Below are positions 12,894 through 25,757 of a stretch of 64,000 nucleotides of DNA, one piece after another. This DNA comes from Paraspadella gotoi. Taxonomy: Eukaryota > Animalia > Chaetognatha. Within the stretch, counting starts at the first letter, position 1; each line of letters starts with the position of its first letter. Made by a program: the position numbers and the translations under genes. The stretch spans positions 2,911,256 through 2,975,255 of the forward strand of contig CM119265.1 of assembly GCA_051294375.1 (NCBI GenBank), in the 5' to 3' direction. The notes beneath the pieces were generated by a model. The model did not search any database. It worked only from the letters and a program-made list of their open reading frames with translations, and was not told the DNA's origin.

Positions 12894-13851
12894 CATGGTG
12901 ACAATTTTACAAGCGCCGGTAGAAATACGCTGTCATTTGCAAGCCAGTGGTTATTTCATTGATTTTAAAATTTAGTTGAGTAGAAAATACTAAAACTATT
13001 TATGTGTTAAAATTTTATATTGATCAGTTAAGACATGCCTTGACAATGAGTGGAGAAAGTTGGCTTGTAAAATCGAGTTTCATTTTCAAACTCACTTTTT
13101 TTAGATTTAATTTTTTTTTCTTACTTTCAGTAAGTTTTCTGAAGAAATTTGAAATAAAATAATATTAATTTTATTATCTTCTGAAAGCCCTTTCAAATAT
13201 AAAAAGTATGACGTACTTACAAATACTGTAGTATAAAATTTAACTGGCCCAGCTTTAATTTAATTAGGATACTCTAAAACAAGACATCTTTTTAAAAATC
13301 AATAGCTGGAGAGTAAATTTATGATATTTATCAAATTGTGATTGGCTATCTTAAATCCTTTTTTTCAGGCTCTTTCATGATACTTATATAAATAATAATT
13401 TTTATGTTATAATAATTTAAACAGGTCATATATTTTGAAAAAAGATTTAAAATTTTAAATAATTCACTTTTGACACTCTTAATTGAACCAGGGCTGGGCA
13501 GCTCACTTTTTATGTTAAAGCTTTTGTAAGTATATCATTCTCTTCATATTTTTAAGGGCTTTCTGAGGATATTAATATTGTTAATATTTTAATAAATACT
13601 TTGTTTAAAAAAGTGTTAAAAGTTTAAAAAAAAATTGAATTTAAAAACAGTGAGTTGGAAAGTGAAACCCGATTTTACAAGCCAACTTTCTCCACTCATT
13701 GTCAAGGCATATCTTAACTGATCAATATAAAATTTTAACACATAAATAGTTTTAGTATTTTCTACTCAACTAATTTTTAAAATCAATGAAATAACCACTG
13801 GTTTGCAAATGACAGCATATTTCTACCGGCGCTTGTAAAATTGTCACCATG
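12894..13851. mobile_element. MITE/foldback element with >200-bp TIRs and TA flanks
   Basis: CATGGTGACAATTTTACAAGCGCCGGTAG... at 12894 and its reverse complement ending 13851. TA on both sides suggests a Tc1/mariner-type TSD. Confidence 0.85.
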
Positions 13852-14030
13852 TAGTAACGTCAATTAAATCTAATCTAATTTTTCTCACGCAAGAATAATA
13901 ATGTAGAAAGAATTTGGTCAGAGCATTATCGAGGTAGATTAACTTTTATTTTAATAGACTTAAAAATCGAGAAAATAAATAAAAATCACAATAAGCAAAT
14001 GAGTTGCCATAAGAAGTTCACTGTATATGC

Positions 14031-15220
14031 CACGGTAGGGCCGAGAGGTTGTGAACAAAAAATTTGCTATCTCTGAAACCTATAAAATCTTAAAGTATAC
14101 CCATGAGACCTTTAATGTGGTAGGTCATTAAAATTTGATAAAAATGTTAATTTAAAAAAATTTTTATAAAAATTTTTAAGTAGTTTAGTGAATATGCTTA
14201 CAATTTTAATGTCTATACATCTATCATTATCTATAGAGCATAAGCTTTAATTTGAGACCTCTCCCAACTTTCTACGATTTTTTGTTATTGAAAATCATAA
14301 TTTAAAAAAAAATATTAATCAATCAGTTCTTTTAAACAGATTATTTCTTAAAAATAAAAGTACAAATATGTTCTCAAAATGCAGTTCTACTTATTAGGCC
14401 TTAAAACAAATTTCTAAAAAAAATTGATATAAAACTATTATAAAAAATAAATAATACAGATAATTAATTTTATTTTTAAAAAAATGTGATATTTAATTAA
14501 AACTTAATCTCAAATAAAATAACAGATAAATATTAACTGAGCACTTTAATTCAAAATCATATCCAGCCTTTAAAAGTAATTATATATTTTGTTACTTATC
14601 CAAAAAAAAATTTTTTTATAAAATTATATTATAAAAATAGCTCACTCAATATTTGATATATATTATTAATAAACAAATGTGTAAAAATATTAACAAACAT
14701 AATGCTTTAACTTTTAATACTTAATTAGAGTATATATAAATATTTTTTAATAAATTTTTTTAATTTTTAATTTTTTTTAAATTAAAATTATTATTAATTA
14801 AAAAACTTATTTTGAAGCCTAATAAGTAGAACTGCATTTTGAGAACATATTTGTATTTTTATTTTTTTTAAATAATCTGTTTAAAAGTACTAATTGTTTA
14901 ATCTTCTTGAAAATCTTTTAAAATTTTTTACTTATAAGTTATATTTCAATAACAAAAAGTAATAGAAAGTTGGGAGAGGTTATGCTTTGTAGATAATGAT
15001 AGATATATAGACATTCAAATTGTAAGCATATTCATTAAACTATTTAAAAATTTTTATAAAAAAAATAGAAAACCTTCAATTAGCATTTAAAAAAAATCCT
15101 GCCTTTATCGAATTTTACTGACCTACCACATTAAGTATCTCATGGGTATACTTTAAGATTTTATAGGTTTCAGAGATGGTACTCTTTTTGTTTCTTTCAC
15201 ATCCTCTCTGTCCTACCGTG
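14031..15220. mobile_element. MITE with long TIRs, CACGGTA termini and 5-bp TSD (Transib-like)
   Basis: Starts CACGGTAGG and ends CCTACCGTG. The arms are inverted-homologous over several hundred bp. Flanks are TATGC and TATGT. Confidence 0.75.
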
Positions 15221-15394
15221 TATGTAAATAGGAAGACAATTTTTTTTTCTTGGAGGGAATCAACGGGAAAATACGGACAGCCCTTGACGTCTACTGCATT
15301 TAAGTATCGAAACTCTTTGACCGTATAATGCAGCGCATGTAGATGCAGAAGCAGCGCATTTTTCGAGTTATTTCTTTGATACAGCGAGATGGCA

Positions 15395-18300
15395 TCAGAT
15401 ACAATAACAGTATTTTTTGAGTCTCTTGTCCGTGATACAGTGAGAAGAGTTTCCGTACCAATTGATTCTGCTGACATCGCCCTCCAGAGTCATCGGTGGA
15501 TTGGCCTTGGGATCAGCGGTCTCCCAAACACGGACCGTTCCTAAAAAGAGAGAGAGGAAGAAATTACAACATAATCCTTTAACCTTAAGGCTTCTCATTA
15601 TTTTTTTTACTTTTTGTCCTTTTCTTCTTTATTTTTATCCGGTTTTTTTCATTGAGTTTCTATTTATTTTTGATGTAAATACATAATTTACAATTCATAT
15701 TGTATTATGTTTATTTTTACAGAAAAGTGATTTACTTTACATACTTCTGCTATCATGTAATTAACTGGAAATACGAGTATGTAAATTACATTACATTGTA
15801 ATAAGAAAGTGGGTGTGATGACTGACAAAATACCTTGAGATTGTTTTTCCTTATTTTTCTTTATTTTTTCCTGATTATCCTTTTCTAAATTCCCCCCCTT
15901 TTTTCCTTCTTCTACTTTCCAAACCTTCCAACAAGGCCTTCCCCGGAATTGTCTCCACTACGACCATCAAATTCTTCGCAGCTAAAACTCGTTTCCCATA
16001 GATAAAGTGATCAGTCATCGGAGCGTTGGGTTGTTTGAGGAACTGAGTGAAATGTGTAAAATGAAATTAATAAAAATAAATAAAATAAACAATCTAAAAA
16101 CCTATAAAAGTTTTCATAAAGAGATGAGATGAAACTAAATAGATAACGAGAACAAAATGACATTTATTTTTAAATAAAATTTATTTTTAAATAAAATAAT
16201 TATCGAAAGCTCATCTAAAAAACTAATGATTTATACCTTGAGATAATGTTCAGAAGATTCAGTAGCGTAGGCGTCTTTGATTTGATTGAGAGAAAGGCGA
16301 GAGCAGAGATTTTTATGAGATTTGACATCTTTGTTTATCTAATTTAAAAATATAAATAATAAATTACTATCATATGAAAAACGCGTTTGGGTGAAAAATG
16401 AAAATGAAAAATGTTTTAAGCAGTATTAAACTATGTTATGATTATAAACTACATGCATACCTGGTCCACAAGGAACTTGGCCACCTTAACAACAACCGGA
16501 TGTTCGACCGACATCTCCTTGAGCTTTTGACAGGTGCAGAAGTGAGACTTGATGGTAGCGTCCTCGCAGGTGCGATTTTCAGGGACGCGATCGAAAAGCG
16601 AATAACGAAATCTGACGTCAGAGATGAAGGGAGAATTTGTCGTCGTCCTGGTTGAGTGGGCACAGTTTGTTAGGTGAGAGTTAAATTTCGATTATTTTAA
16701 TGTTGTATCACTGGGCTCGACTGAAACTATTTGAACTCAAATACTTGACTGTACCAAATCTATTGGATAGAAAAACCCCTAGCCAATTTTCAAAGACGCT
16801 GTCATCTTAATTGCGTCAATACTGAACTTATGCACTTAAGCATTGTACAGTGTATTTACAACTATTGTATTTTTTCTCTTTCCCCTGCCCATTTTTTTAT
16901 TTTTTTATCGTTTTTTTTATCGTTTTTTTGATCGTTTTTTTTATCGTTTTTTTTTCATCGTTTAGTGCTAATTTCCTCAATCATAGCAATAGGAAATTTC
17001 AAGATACTCCTTCCTTCATCAAAAATACCAAATGTTAAAAAATCCTTTCCCCACCTCAAGTTGTTTACCTGTTTATTCTTTTCCCGCCAAAATCCGCCAG
17101 ATCCAACAGAGTCTCGTAAAGATCAAAATGCGTCGTCAAACGTCGAGAATTTCTCTTCAAATTCTCCAACTTTTTTGCCAAATCTTTTTTACTTTCTCCT
17201 TTTTCTTCCTCTTGTTCTCCTCTTTGTTCTCCCTCTCCTCTTTCTTCTTCCAGTTCTCCTTCCTCTGTTCTGTTTACTTCTCGTCTCCTTCTCCGTCTCA
17301 TTTTCACTTCTTTATTTTCTTCTCTCCTTCCTTCTCTTCCTCTTCCTCCCAACCTCCTCAGCTTTTCCGGCAAAATCACGTACATCATTGGCAACCTCTC
17401 TTCAAACTTTCCGGCAAACGTCTCCCGAATGGCGCCGTGACGTGACCCGTGGTCGGAGAAGAAGAAGATGAAAGTGTCGCGGAGTAATCCCTCTGTAAAT
17501 TCCACATTGATAATCTCATTTGCATATTGGCATAACGGGGAAATATGTTCTGAAAATCATTTGTATATCTTCCTCAATGTGATTTATCTAACTCAAATGA
17601 TGTTTATAGTAATTTAGGATGATTTAATTAGCCTTTAGACTTTTCTTTGATGTTAACATCGGCTAGAAAAAAATTGGATTGTCATGTTGTGTCATTTTTG
17701 TTCTGATACATTTTTGTTTAATAATAAATAAAAAGTGCTAGAAAAGTTAAATAAGATACAACTTTCGGCAATACATACAATATTATGTATAACCAGCATA
17801 ACGTAGTGCAAAATTGTAAATACTTTCTAAAAAAATATGAAGAGAAGAAAAGTAAGTAAGAAACTTTCACCCTTAGAAATGCTCACCTTCGTGCAGAGTC
17901 TTGAAGAGCCGTTTGGTCGCTCCGTCCAGGTTCCGACCTCCGGCAACGCCCGTATGTGTCCACATGTTGGACCAGATGAGTGCAAAGAGGCGATCGTTTT
18001 TGTGTGACCGAACAGCATTGAGGAACCATTCGTAGAGCCAACGGTCCTGAGGTGAAAGAAATGATGACAAAAACGACCACAACAACGAGTATAAAATCAG
18101 AAGTTAGAGACAAAGAGACGAAAAAGTGAGAAGTTAAAGAAGGATAGTAAAAATGATATGAATGGTTAGGAAGGTTAGAAAGGTTAGATGTTAAAAAAGT
18201 GGGAAGGTAAAGAAGAATAGTAAAAATGATATAAATGGTTATGAAGGTTAGAAAAGATATGAATTGAAGAATTTTATAAAGGATATAAAGAAAAGATAAG

Positions 18301-21300
18301 AATTTAAAAATAGGTAAGGTTAGTAAGAAATAAAAATATGCAAGTAGAATTTTATAAAGGATTGATATTAAGTCTGAAAGGAAAGAAGATACGAATTAGA
18401 GAAGGTTCAAAAGTTAACAAGGTTATAAAAGGTAATAGAAAATAAAAGAAAAGTCGGCAGGGTGGGTTAATAAACCTAAGAAGTTAAAGATTTTAGATAA
18501 TTTATTAAAAATGTAAATAACAAATTCACCTGCGTAAAATGAGAGTAGCACTTCTTCCTGCAAAATTAAAAAGGAATAAAACTAATAAAAGTAATTTAAT
18601 AACTGAAAAAAACACACCTGCCAGCAAAAAAAAATAAGACCTGCAGCCCTTGCAGTAGCGAGGCTCTTCCTTCAAAAAGTCATCGACGGCCAAGAGGAAA
18701 TGACGAAAGTAATGGTCGGTTGGACGCTGATAAAATCCCTTGGACAAATAATTGAAAGTGTGAATATCGTGACTGTCCTCGCCGAACAGGGTCCAGTAGC
18801 TGTGCAGGGGGGGAACAAAGGGGAGAATGTTCACAAGAAACTTGATTAACGTAAATAAAGATCTGTGGATAAGGCGCTAAGTGGGCTGAAGATGACTATC
18901 CGTAACTTCTATAACCCCCTCTAGCAGACATGGAACGGGTCCTGGGCTTGGAACCAGGCTTGAGGGTTTGCCATGCCCCCAAGGTGGCTTACGGCCGTCC
19001 TCACTCTTCCCGCAGGGTAGGTACCGGGTTGGGATTGAACCAGGTACCTAATGGTCATGAGCTGTTGACTTTACTCAATGAGCCACCGGGTCACAACTGA
19101 AAGAGTCATGCTTATAGGCGGGGTGAACCTAGGCAATGCCCGACTACAGATCATTACTAAATTATTAATATTTGTTAATATTATTGTGGTTGTTAGTATT
19201 ATTATTATTAGGATTATCTCTCACCCTCGTTGCGAAAAGTTTTTCCAAATAAAAGGATAATCGTCGAAAGGTAGGTGAACTTTGGATCCGTGCCAAGGTA
19301 AGTCCTTGAGATATTTCCCGGCGAGGAAGGGAATAAAGTTGACCAATGTGTTGTCGCCCACTTTGTTGTAGCTGAGTGTCAAATTAGAAAGGTTGATAGT
19401 TGCATATACATTTACATGTACAGACGTACAATTTTTTAAAAATATAAAAAATATATATAAAAAGTAGATTAAGGAAATAAATATATATATCAGTAAAAAT
19501 CTATAACAAACAATTTTCGCCTCACCAAGTACAGATGAATACTTGTTCTTTTAATGAATGAATATTTTGTTATAAATTTTGTTTTAATACAAATTACTAA
19601 AAGTTGATGCAACAATTATTTAAAAAGGATCAGAATACTATAATTTGCGCCATTGGCTCTGCACTCAAAGTGACAATATAACTAAATTGATTTATGTAAT
19701 AACTATATTTCACTAGGAAGAGGCAGTGCAAGTACAAAAAAAAACAATATTTTTGCCAAATATTTCAACTTATTTTTTAAGTCATCATCAGTGGTAAAAA
19801 TTCTAGTTGAAGATTTTACCACTGATGATGACTTAAAAAATAAGTCATATATTTGGCAAAAATATTGTTTTTTATACTTGCACTCCCTCTCCATAATGAA
19901 ATACAATTATTACTTAAACTACTCACAGTGCATGTGATGACTTTTAAAGAATAAAATTGATTTATATTTTGATAAGAAAATTGACTAGGTTTAAGTGATA
20001 ATCTTTTTTAATAACCCTTACTTTGAGACTCTCACCCGAAATACTCAATTGGGTCCAAATAGCGAAATAGAAATTCCCTCGTTTCCGGAAAATTCCTGAC
20101 AAGGTTGTTACGAGAGACAGAGTCGATTCCGATGAGGAAGACGTTGAAGGATTCATTGGCCCCGATGTCGGTCAGATGCCGACGCAGAGACCGACGTTTT
20201 ACCAACGACTTTGCTTCATCCGCGAATCCGAACACGGCAAAGTTTTTGACCACGGATCTTCCCGCAAGGTCGCGACACCTAATGAGGGCGAAGTCGCCCG
20301 GAATTCGGGTCTTGGCGGGAAACAAAAAAAAAAACAAAAGACATCGATCGTTGAGACAAAAGTAATGGTTTTCTCTTATCTTATGTCTGCATGTTATTTT
20401 TGATTGGATTTGATTGAATGATTGATTAATTGATTGGAATTATTGAATTCATTGAATGGATTGGATTGTTTAGATGGATGGAATTGATTGATTGGATTAA
20501 ATTGGATGGAATTGGATTGATTTGATTGATTCGATTGATTTGACCGATTTGTCAAAAGGTAAGGTTTTTCAATGGAGGGCGGTAGGTTTGGTTCAAGCAT
20601 GCTGGTAAGGGTCAAGTGAAAGTTAGGAAGCAAAATGCAGCAGTTATATCTTGAAAAATATCATATTAGTGAATACTAATCTATAGTTATTTTTCTTTTT
20701 TTAACAACATAGTACCCCAGTGAGCTTAATTTGTATATAGTACTAGAGTACTAATGTTTCTTCTTAAAATTGATAAATTTGTACTTTAAAATTTTAACCT
20801 CTTATATACTTATTACTATGTATAAATATAGCTCACTGGTGCCCACTAATGTATAAAATTACAAAATAAATTCCCCAAAATATTTTTATTAGTTTTTATT
20901 TTCATGTTTTATGAGCTAAATATAAAAAAGCATAGGAATTAAAAATATGCATGCAACAGTATTACGAGGTGTTCCTATTCGTTTTAATATCCAGAGCAAC
21001 ATGCAATTTTATTATCTATATCTTTCTTACCAGTTTTTAATTAAGCCAACCGGATCAGTTTTTTTTTTATTTATTTATTCATTCACTTCGATCTAAAAAA
21101 ACAAAAGGATTAAGATAAAACGAAAATAAAATCAAACAAATAAAAACGAAAGGTGCAAACGAAATTAATCAACAAAAAATGAGGCAATTTAAATTAACGA
21201 TTTTTAAAGACGATCACAGAAATTTTATTAGGCAGTGATTTCTATCGAGGAATTCAGCAAAAAAACCACTTTTTGCAATATTTCTAGAATATTATCAACA

Positions 21301-24300
21301 TAATTGATTAAATTTGAACCCTAAGACAAAGTGGGCTGGACTACGGATTAATTAAAATCATCTGCTGCATTTTCTAAACAAGAATCAATATAATTTTTGC
21401 TACTTTTATTAAAAAAAATTATGTCCATTTTTGTCCATTTTGACTTTTGTCTTGAGATTTGAACGTCAAGATCATTGAAGAAAATTTTTTTACTCCGGAT
21501 TTTGGGTACTTCTTATCTTCTTTACCACTGAGTCTGTTCATTTGCTGTTGGTCATCCATTGTTTACCTATGAATTAATTTATAAATTGACTAGTCAAAAA
21601 TTTACATTTTTACATTTTATTACAATTTGTTAAACGAAAATACTTCAAAATGTCCACAAATCTAATCAAATATTCCCTTTCAATGGTGCTTCTGGTACCT
21701 AAAAAATTAGGGCAAAAAATTTAATAGTTATGCAGAAATTAAATTTTTAAATCAACTTTTAATTTGTGAGGATTTGTGAGGTGCGTTTTATTTGAACTAA
21801 ATCTCGGTTTTGACTTATTTTATAGTTTTAATAGATGAGAAATATACTAAGGTTAACAAATTAAAAAAAAACCGCATTCTTTTAATGTAATGGAAAGCGT
21901 CAGTAATTTTTTTCCTTTCAATCGACAGGTTTTTGCGGAAAAAATTTCCGCAAAAATCTGTCGATTTTTTAAATCTGCTAGGCAACCAAACTTTGAAAAA
22001 AATCATACGCTACCCAATATTTTTTTTCTTACAAATCATTTTAAAGATTTTTATACATCCAGTATGATATAAATGCAAAAAATGAGTGAGAATGAGAAAA
22101 AGATAAGAGAAGAGAGAGCATGGGTGAAAAAAAAGCTTCAGGGAGAGAGAGAAATAGTAAAAAGAAATTGATACATGGCGAAAAGGGGGAGAACGAAAAC
22201 AATTGAGAGAAAAGAAAAGATAAGAAAGAGGGAAGAAAGAGAATCAGAGAGGAGAGAAAAGCAGAGATAGAGAGGAAGAGAAATAAATGTAAAGGAAGAA
22301 AAAAAGGGATGACACAGAGAAATATGAGGACAGAAAGGGAGAGAAAGACAGAGAGAAGAGAGAAAAAGAAAGGGACAGAGAGAAGGTTCAAGAGAGAAAA
22401 AATAATGGAAAAAATGGAAAAAAAATTTTAAAATATAGCTTGCCGTTTTCTTGCCTAAGCTGTAGTATATCTCAAAAATTCAATAGATCTGACGAGCAAT
22501 TTAATCTTTAAAAGTTGCCCTTACCATGAAAAATCGTTTTAGTTTCATCTTAAGGTAAAAGAAATTATGTCTTACCGTATTTTGAAAGCATAGAAATTCA
22601 CCCAGTGAGTTCGATGTTATAAGGAAAAAATAACTATAGCCAACCGTTTTTTTAAATAAAGCGTGTTATATATTAATCAGTGGAAACAAAAGAAATAATA
22701 GTTATATAAGTTTCAATTTTATTGTTGAAAATACCCGAATAGAAATCACTGCCATTAACGATTAATAATTGTTAGTCTTACCCCCCCCCGTTGATTTCGC
22801 TCTAACCTTCTCAGTTGCATTAAACTCGACCGGGTGAGTCCAGCTCCACACGTCGTCACTCGTCTCTTCACGGATCAGCACCTGCCACTCGCAAGTGGCC
22901 ACGCCCAACGAGCGAATTTTTTTTTTGCTCAAAGAAACCGAATTTTCGATCGGATTGATATCAATGTGACGGGGGAATTTGAAGCAGTCCTTGCCGCGGC
23001 CCTTTCCTAAAATGAATTGAATTAATTGTATGAATTGTATTAATATAAATAATTGTCCGGCTTTAAGTTTAACGAATTATATGAATGCATGAATGAATGA
23101 ATAGATAAAAGGAAAATAAAAGAAAAGAAAATTATAAATTTTACCCAAGGATTAACTCACCCACAATATCAATCTGGCTCAAAGATCGATCGTAAGGATC
23201 GAAGGCTGGAATTTGACATCCTTCGGTGAAGACGACGAAACCATCATGAGTCGAGTTGCGGTTCAGCGTCACTTTTAGAGGCCAGTAAATTATAATAGCT
23301 ATACGTAGATTTTATTGGTCATACATGAAATACCTTCGTTTTTTCTGGCGAGTTTTTTCCACACGTCATTCTTTTCAAATCTCATGATACCTGGCAAAAT
23401 AATTATATACAAAAGTATATTAATCCAAAAAATTCTTTAAATAATAAAACATGATTTACGAAGACCAAAAAATGAAAAAATTAAGAGACAGTAATTATTG
23501 TTGTGTTAGTGACAGAACCGTTCAATATAAGCAGTCCTTGAGCTTCGGATCTGGCTGTAACACCGTGTTACAGGCGGATTAAGCGCCCCGTCCCTCTTAA
23601 CTGCTAGGCGACCACCGGGCTAGAACCCCGGAACTTTGGGTTGGGAGGCGAATGACTTGCCTCCGGCACCAATGGCCGCTGATGAACGGTTGGTGGATTT
23701 TAGTCCACCACACATCCCCCCCTCCAGTAGGGAGAAGTCTGTTGAGTCTCTTCAGTTAATTGTTGTTGTTGGTGGAAAGTTCGTCACCAAGTTGAGGCAT
23801 GGCGCCTGATGTGTTGTTGGTGGAAAGTGCATCGCCAGGTTGAGGCATGTCGCCTGAAAGTGTTGTTGTTGCTGTTGTGTTCGGAAGTCGGGCTCACCAA
23901 TGAAGCGACAGTAATTATTGTTATATGTTAGTGACAGAACCATTCAATATAAGCAGCCCCTGAGCTTTGGATCTGGCTGTAACACCGTGTTACAGGCATG
24001 TTAAGCGCCCCGTCCCTCTTAACTGCGAGGCGACCACCGGGCTAGAACCCCGGAACTTTGGATTTGGAGGCGAATGACTTGCCTCCGGCACCAATGGCCG
24101 CTGATGAACGGTTGGTAAAACAAACAAACAAACAAGAACAAAAATGAAAACAAAAACAAACTCACCCTCGAGTCCGTAGTTCCGTATGTTTCCCCGGATG
24201 TAACGCCTCGCCACGCCTCTTCCCATCCGCGAGGAAATTAAACAAAAGACGATCGTGGAGATGATCAAAGCGAAAAAGTAGAACTGCCACCTGGACGCCA

Positions 24301-24301
24301 T
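15395..24301 (-). CDS. DUF229-family protein (alkaline phosphatase superfamily), copy B, 14 exons
   Basis: GT-AG exons in continuous frame: 24166-24301, 23334-23390, 23161-23271, 22807-23006, 20036-20310, 19225-19371, 18641-18799, 18530-18557, 17887-18046, 17069-17492, ~16461-16647, ~16238-16338, ~15925-16042, 15395-~15540. Motifs: N-terminal TM, CQIPAFDP, IDSVSRNN, GYNKVGDNT, PFIWKNF, PTDHYFR, FFFSDHG, LTTHFDLYETL, NRTCEDA, RINWYGNSSHC..KYCYC. Confidence 0.9.
18937..19092 (-). mobile_element. tRNA-derived SINE, family 2
   Basis: Minus-strand A box TGGCTCATTGAG and B box GGTTCAATCC. A second copy is at 41991-42117. Confidence 0.65.
19725..19883. repeat. Near-perfect hairpin of two inverted hammerhead-like motifs
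   Basis: Arms of about 70 bp, each with CCA-CTGATGA-TGACTT(loop)AAGTY. The left arm (minus strand) continues GAAATATTTGG. Confidence 0.65.
20681..22639. mobile_element. Probable non-autonomous DNA transposon remnant
   Basis: Imperfect ~25-bp TIRs (CTATAGTTATTTTT... / ...AAAAAATAACTATAG). Absent from the equivalent intron of copy A. No TSD recognised. Confidence 0.4.
23486..24116 (-). mobile_element. Two tandem copies of SINE family 1 separated by a ~190-bp repetitive spacer
   Basis: 23486-23710 and 23906-24116 match 10736-10962. Confidence 0.75.
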
Positions 24302-24744
24302 CGCGTTCGACGTGGCGAATCTGGCTTATTATTTCGTTTATAATTTAGCGTCTGTCGATTTGTTATATTTGCTTGTAAAGAGAAAGACGAGTTGTTCATC
24401 TTTTCGCGAGTTTTTTTGGGTTTTTTTTTTTAGTATCTCACTTTCGTAGTTCTTAAGATAAACTTTGATTTCTAGAAGGTTTTTGTTGATTCTTCATGTT
24501 TTTCTCTTTTAATAAAATTAAAAAAATTGAATAAATATTCTGTTCTTAACAGTATGGAGTGTTTTTAACAATACTGCCGAAAAGTATTTATATGCTTAAT
24601 TGGTAAGTGTCGCTTGTAAAAGTTGTTATTAACTAAATCCGAAGTAAAATGAATTAAATGATTAAAAATAAAATTAAAAAAAAAAGGAACTAACGAAAGA
24701 CTCAAGAATGTATTAAACAAATTATATAAGGCAAGAATTTTCCA

Positions 24745-25711
24745 TCAGCAGTAACAGTAATTCAAGAGATTTTTTTCAGTGACGCAATGAGATGAGTTTC
24801 CGTATAAATTTATGCGAACCACGTCGCCTATGAGGGTTAGCGCTAAATCGGAAGCGGTGGCGGCGTCGGCGGCGGCGGCGGCGTGGCGGTTATTTTTGCC
24901 GTTCTCCCGCACGTGAACTGTGCCTGGAATAACAAAATAATTGAAATAAAAATCCTGTATGTAAACTAGTCATTTAGTAAAGTTTCGTTATTTTCTTCCC
25001 AAATTAGATGTACAGTAATTTGTTGGGGGGGAGGTTGATGTGGAAGTGACTCAATACACTGAATCGATCTTTACGATCTTTACATATTTTTTTATCAACC
25101 TGTACTGAAGTCAATTTGTCCGCAGAACACCCCAAAATATAGGCAATGTTTCAGAATTAAACATTTAAAAACTTTGGGGTAATATTAAATACATGATTTG
25201 TTAAAATGATTATTTAATATTTATGCTATGAAATGGATTTTGTAATATTTTTTATCATTTTTACAAACTTAATATTCTCATACGTTTTTCGTAGCATTTG
25301 TAAGTCAATCAATCAATCAATTCATCAATCCATCCATCAATAATTCTATAAATAATTCAATCAATTAATGTCAGCTTGACACCATTTTTTGTCCAGTTTG
25401 CGCTTTGATCAAAGGAGGCATTTCGTTGTCTTTCGAAACTGGCTTCTCTATGACGAGACGCGGGATTCAGCTCTCTCGTCTTTTTCATCTTTGTCTGTTT
25501 ACTGTTAATGTAAATCACTTTAGTAACCCCTAAAATTGTACAATATTTTTTTTGTGATTAAACTTTCTTTCGTTGTGTTTGGGTTATTTGAGATTAAAGA
25601 CGAAATGTTTTACATCAACGATTTTTATTTTTAAAGGTGCATACAAGTTTCGGCTTTCAATTCAAGCCTTCATCAGTGATTTGACAATTCACAATTTGAT
25701 CTTTTTTCTTT

Positions 25712-25757
<46 letters not shown>

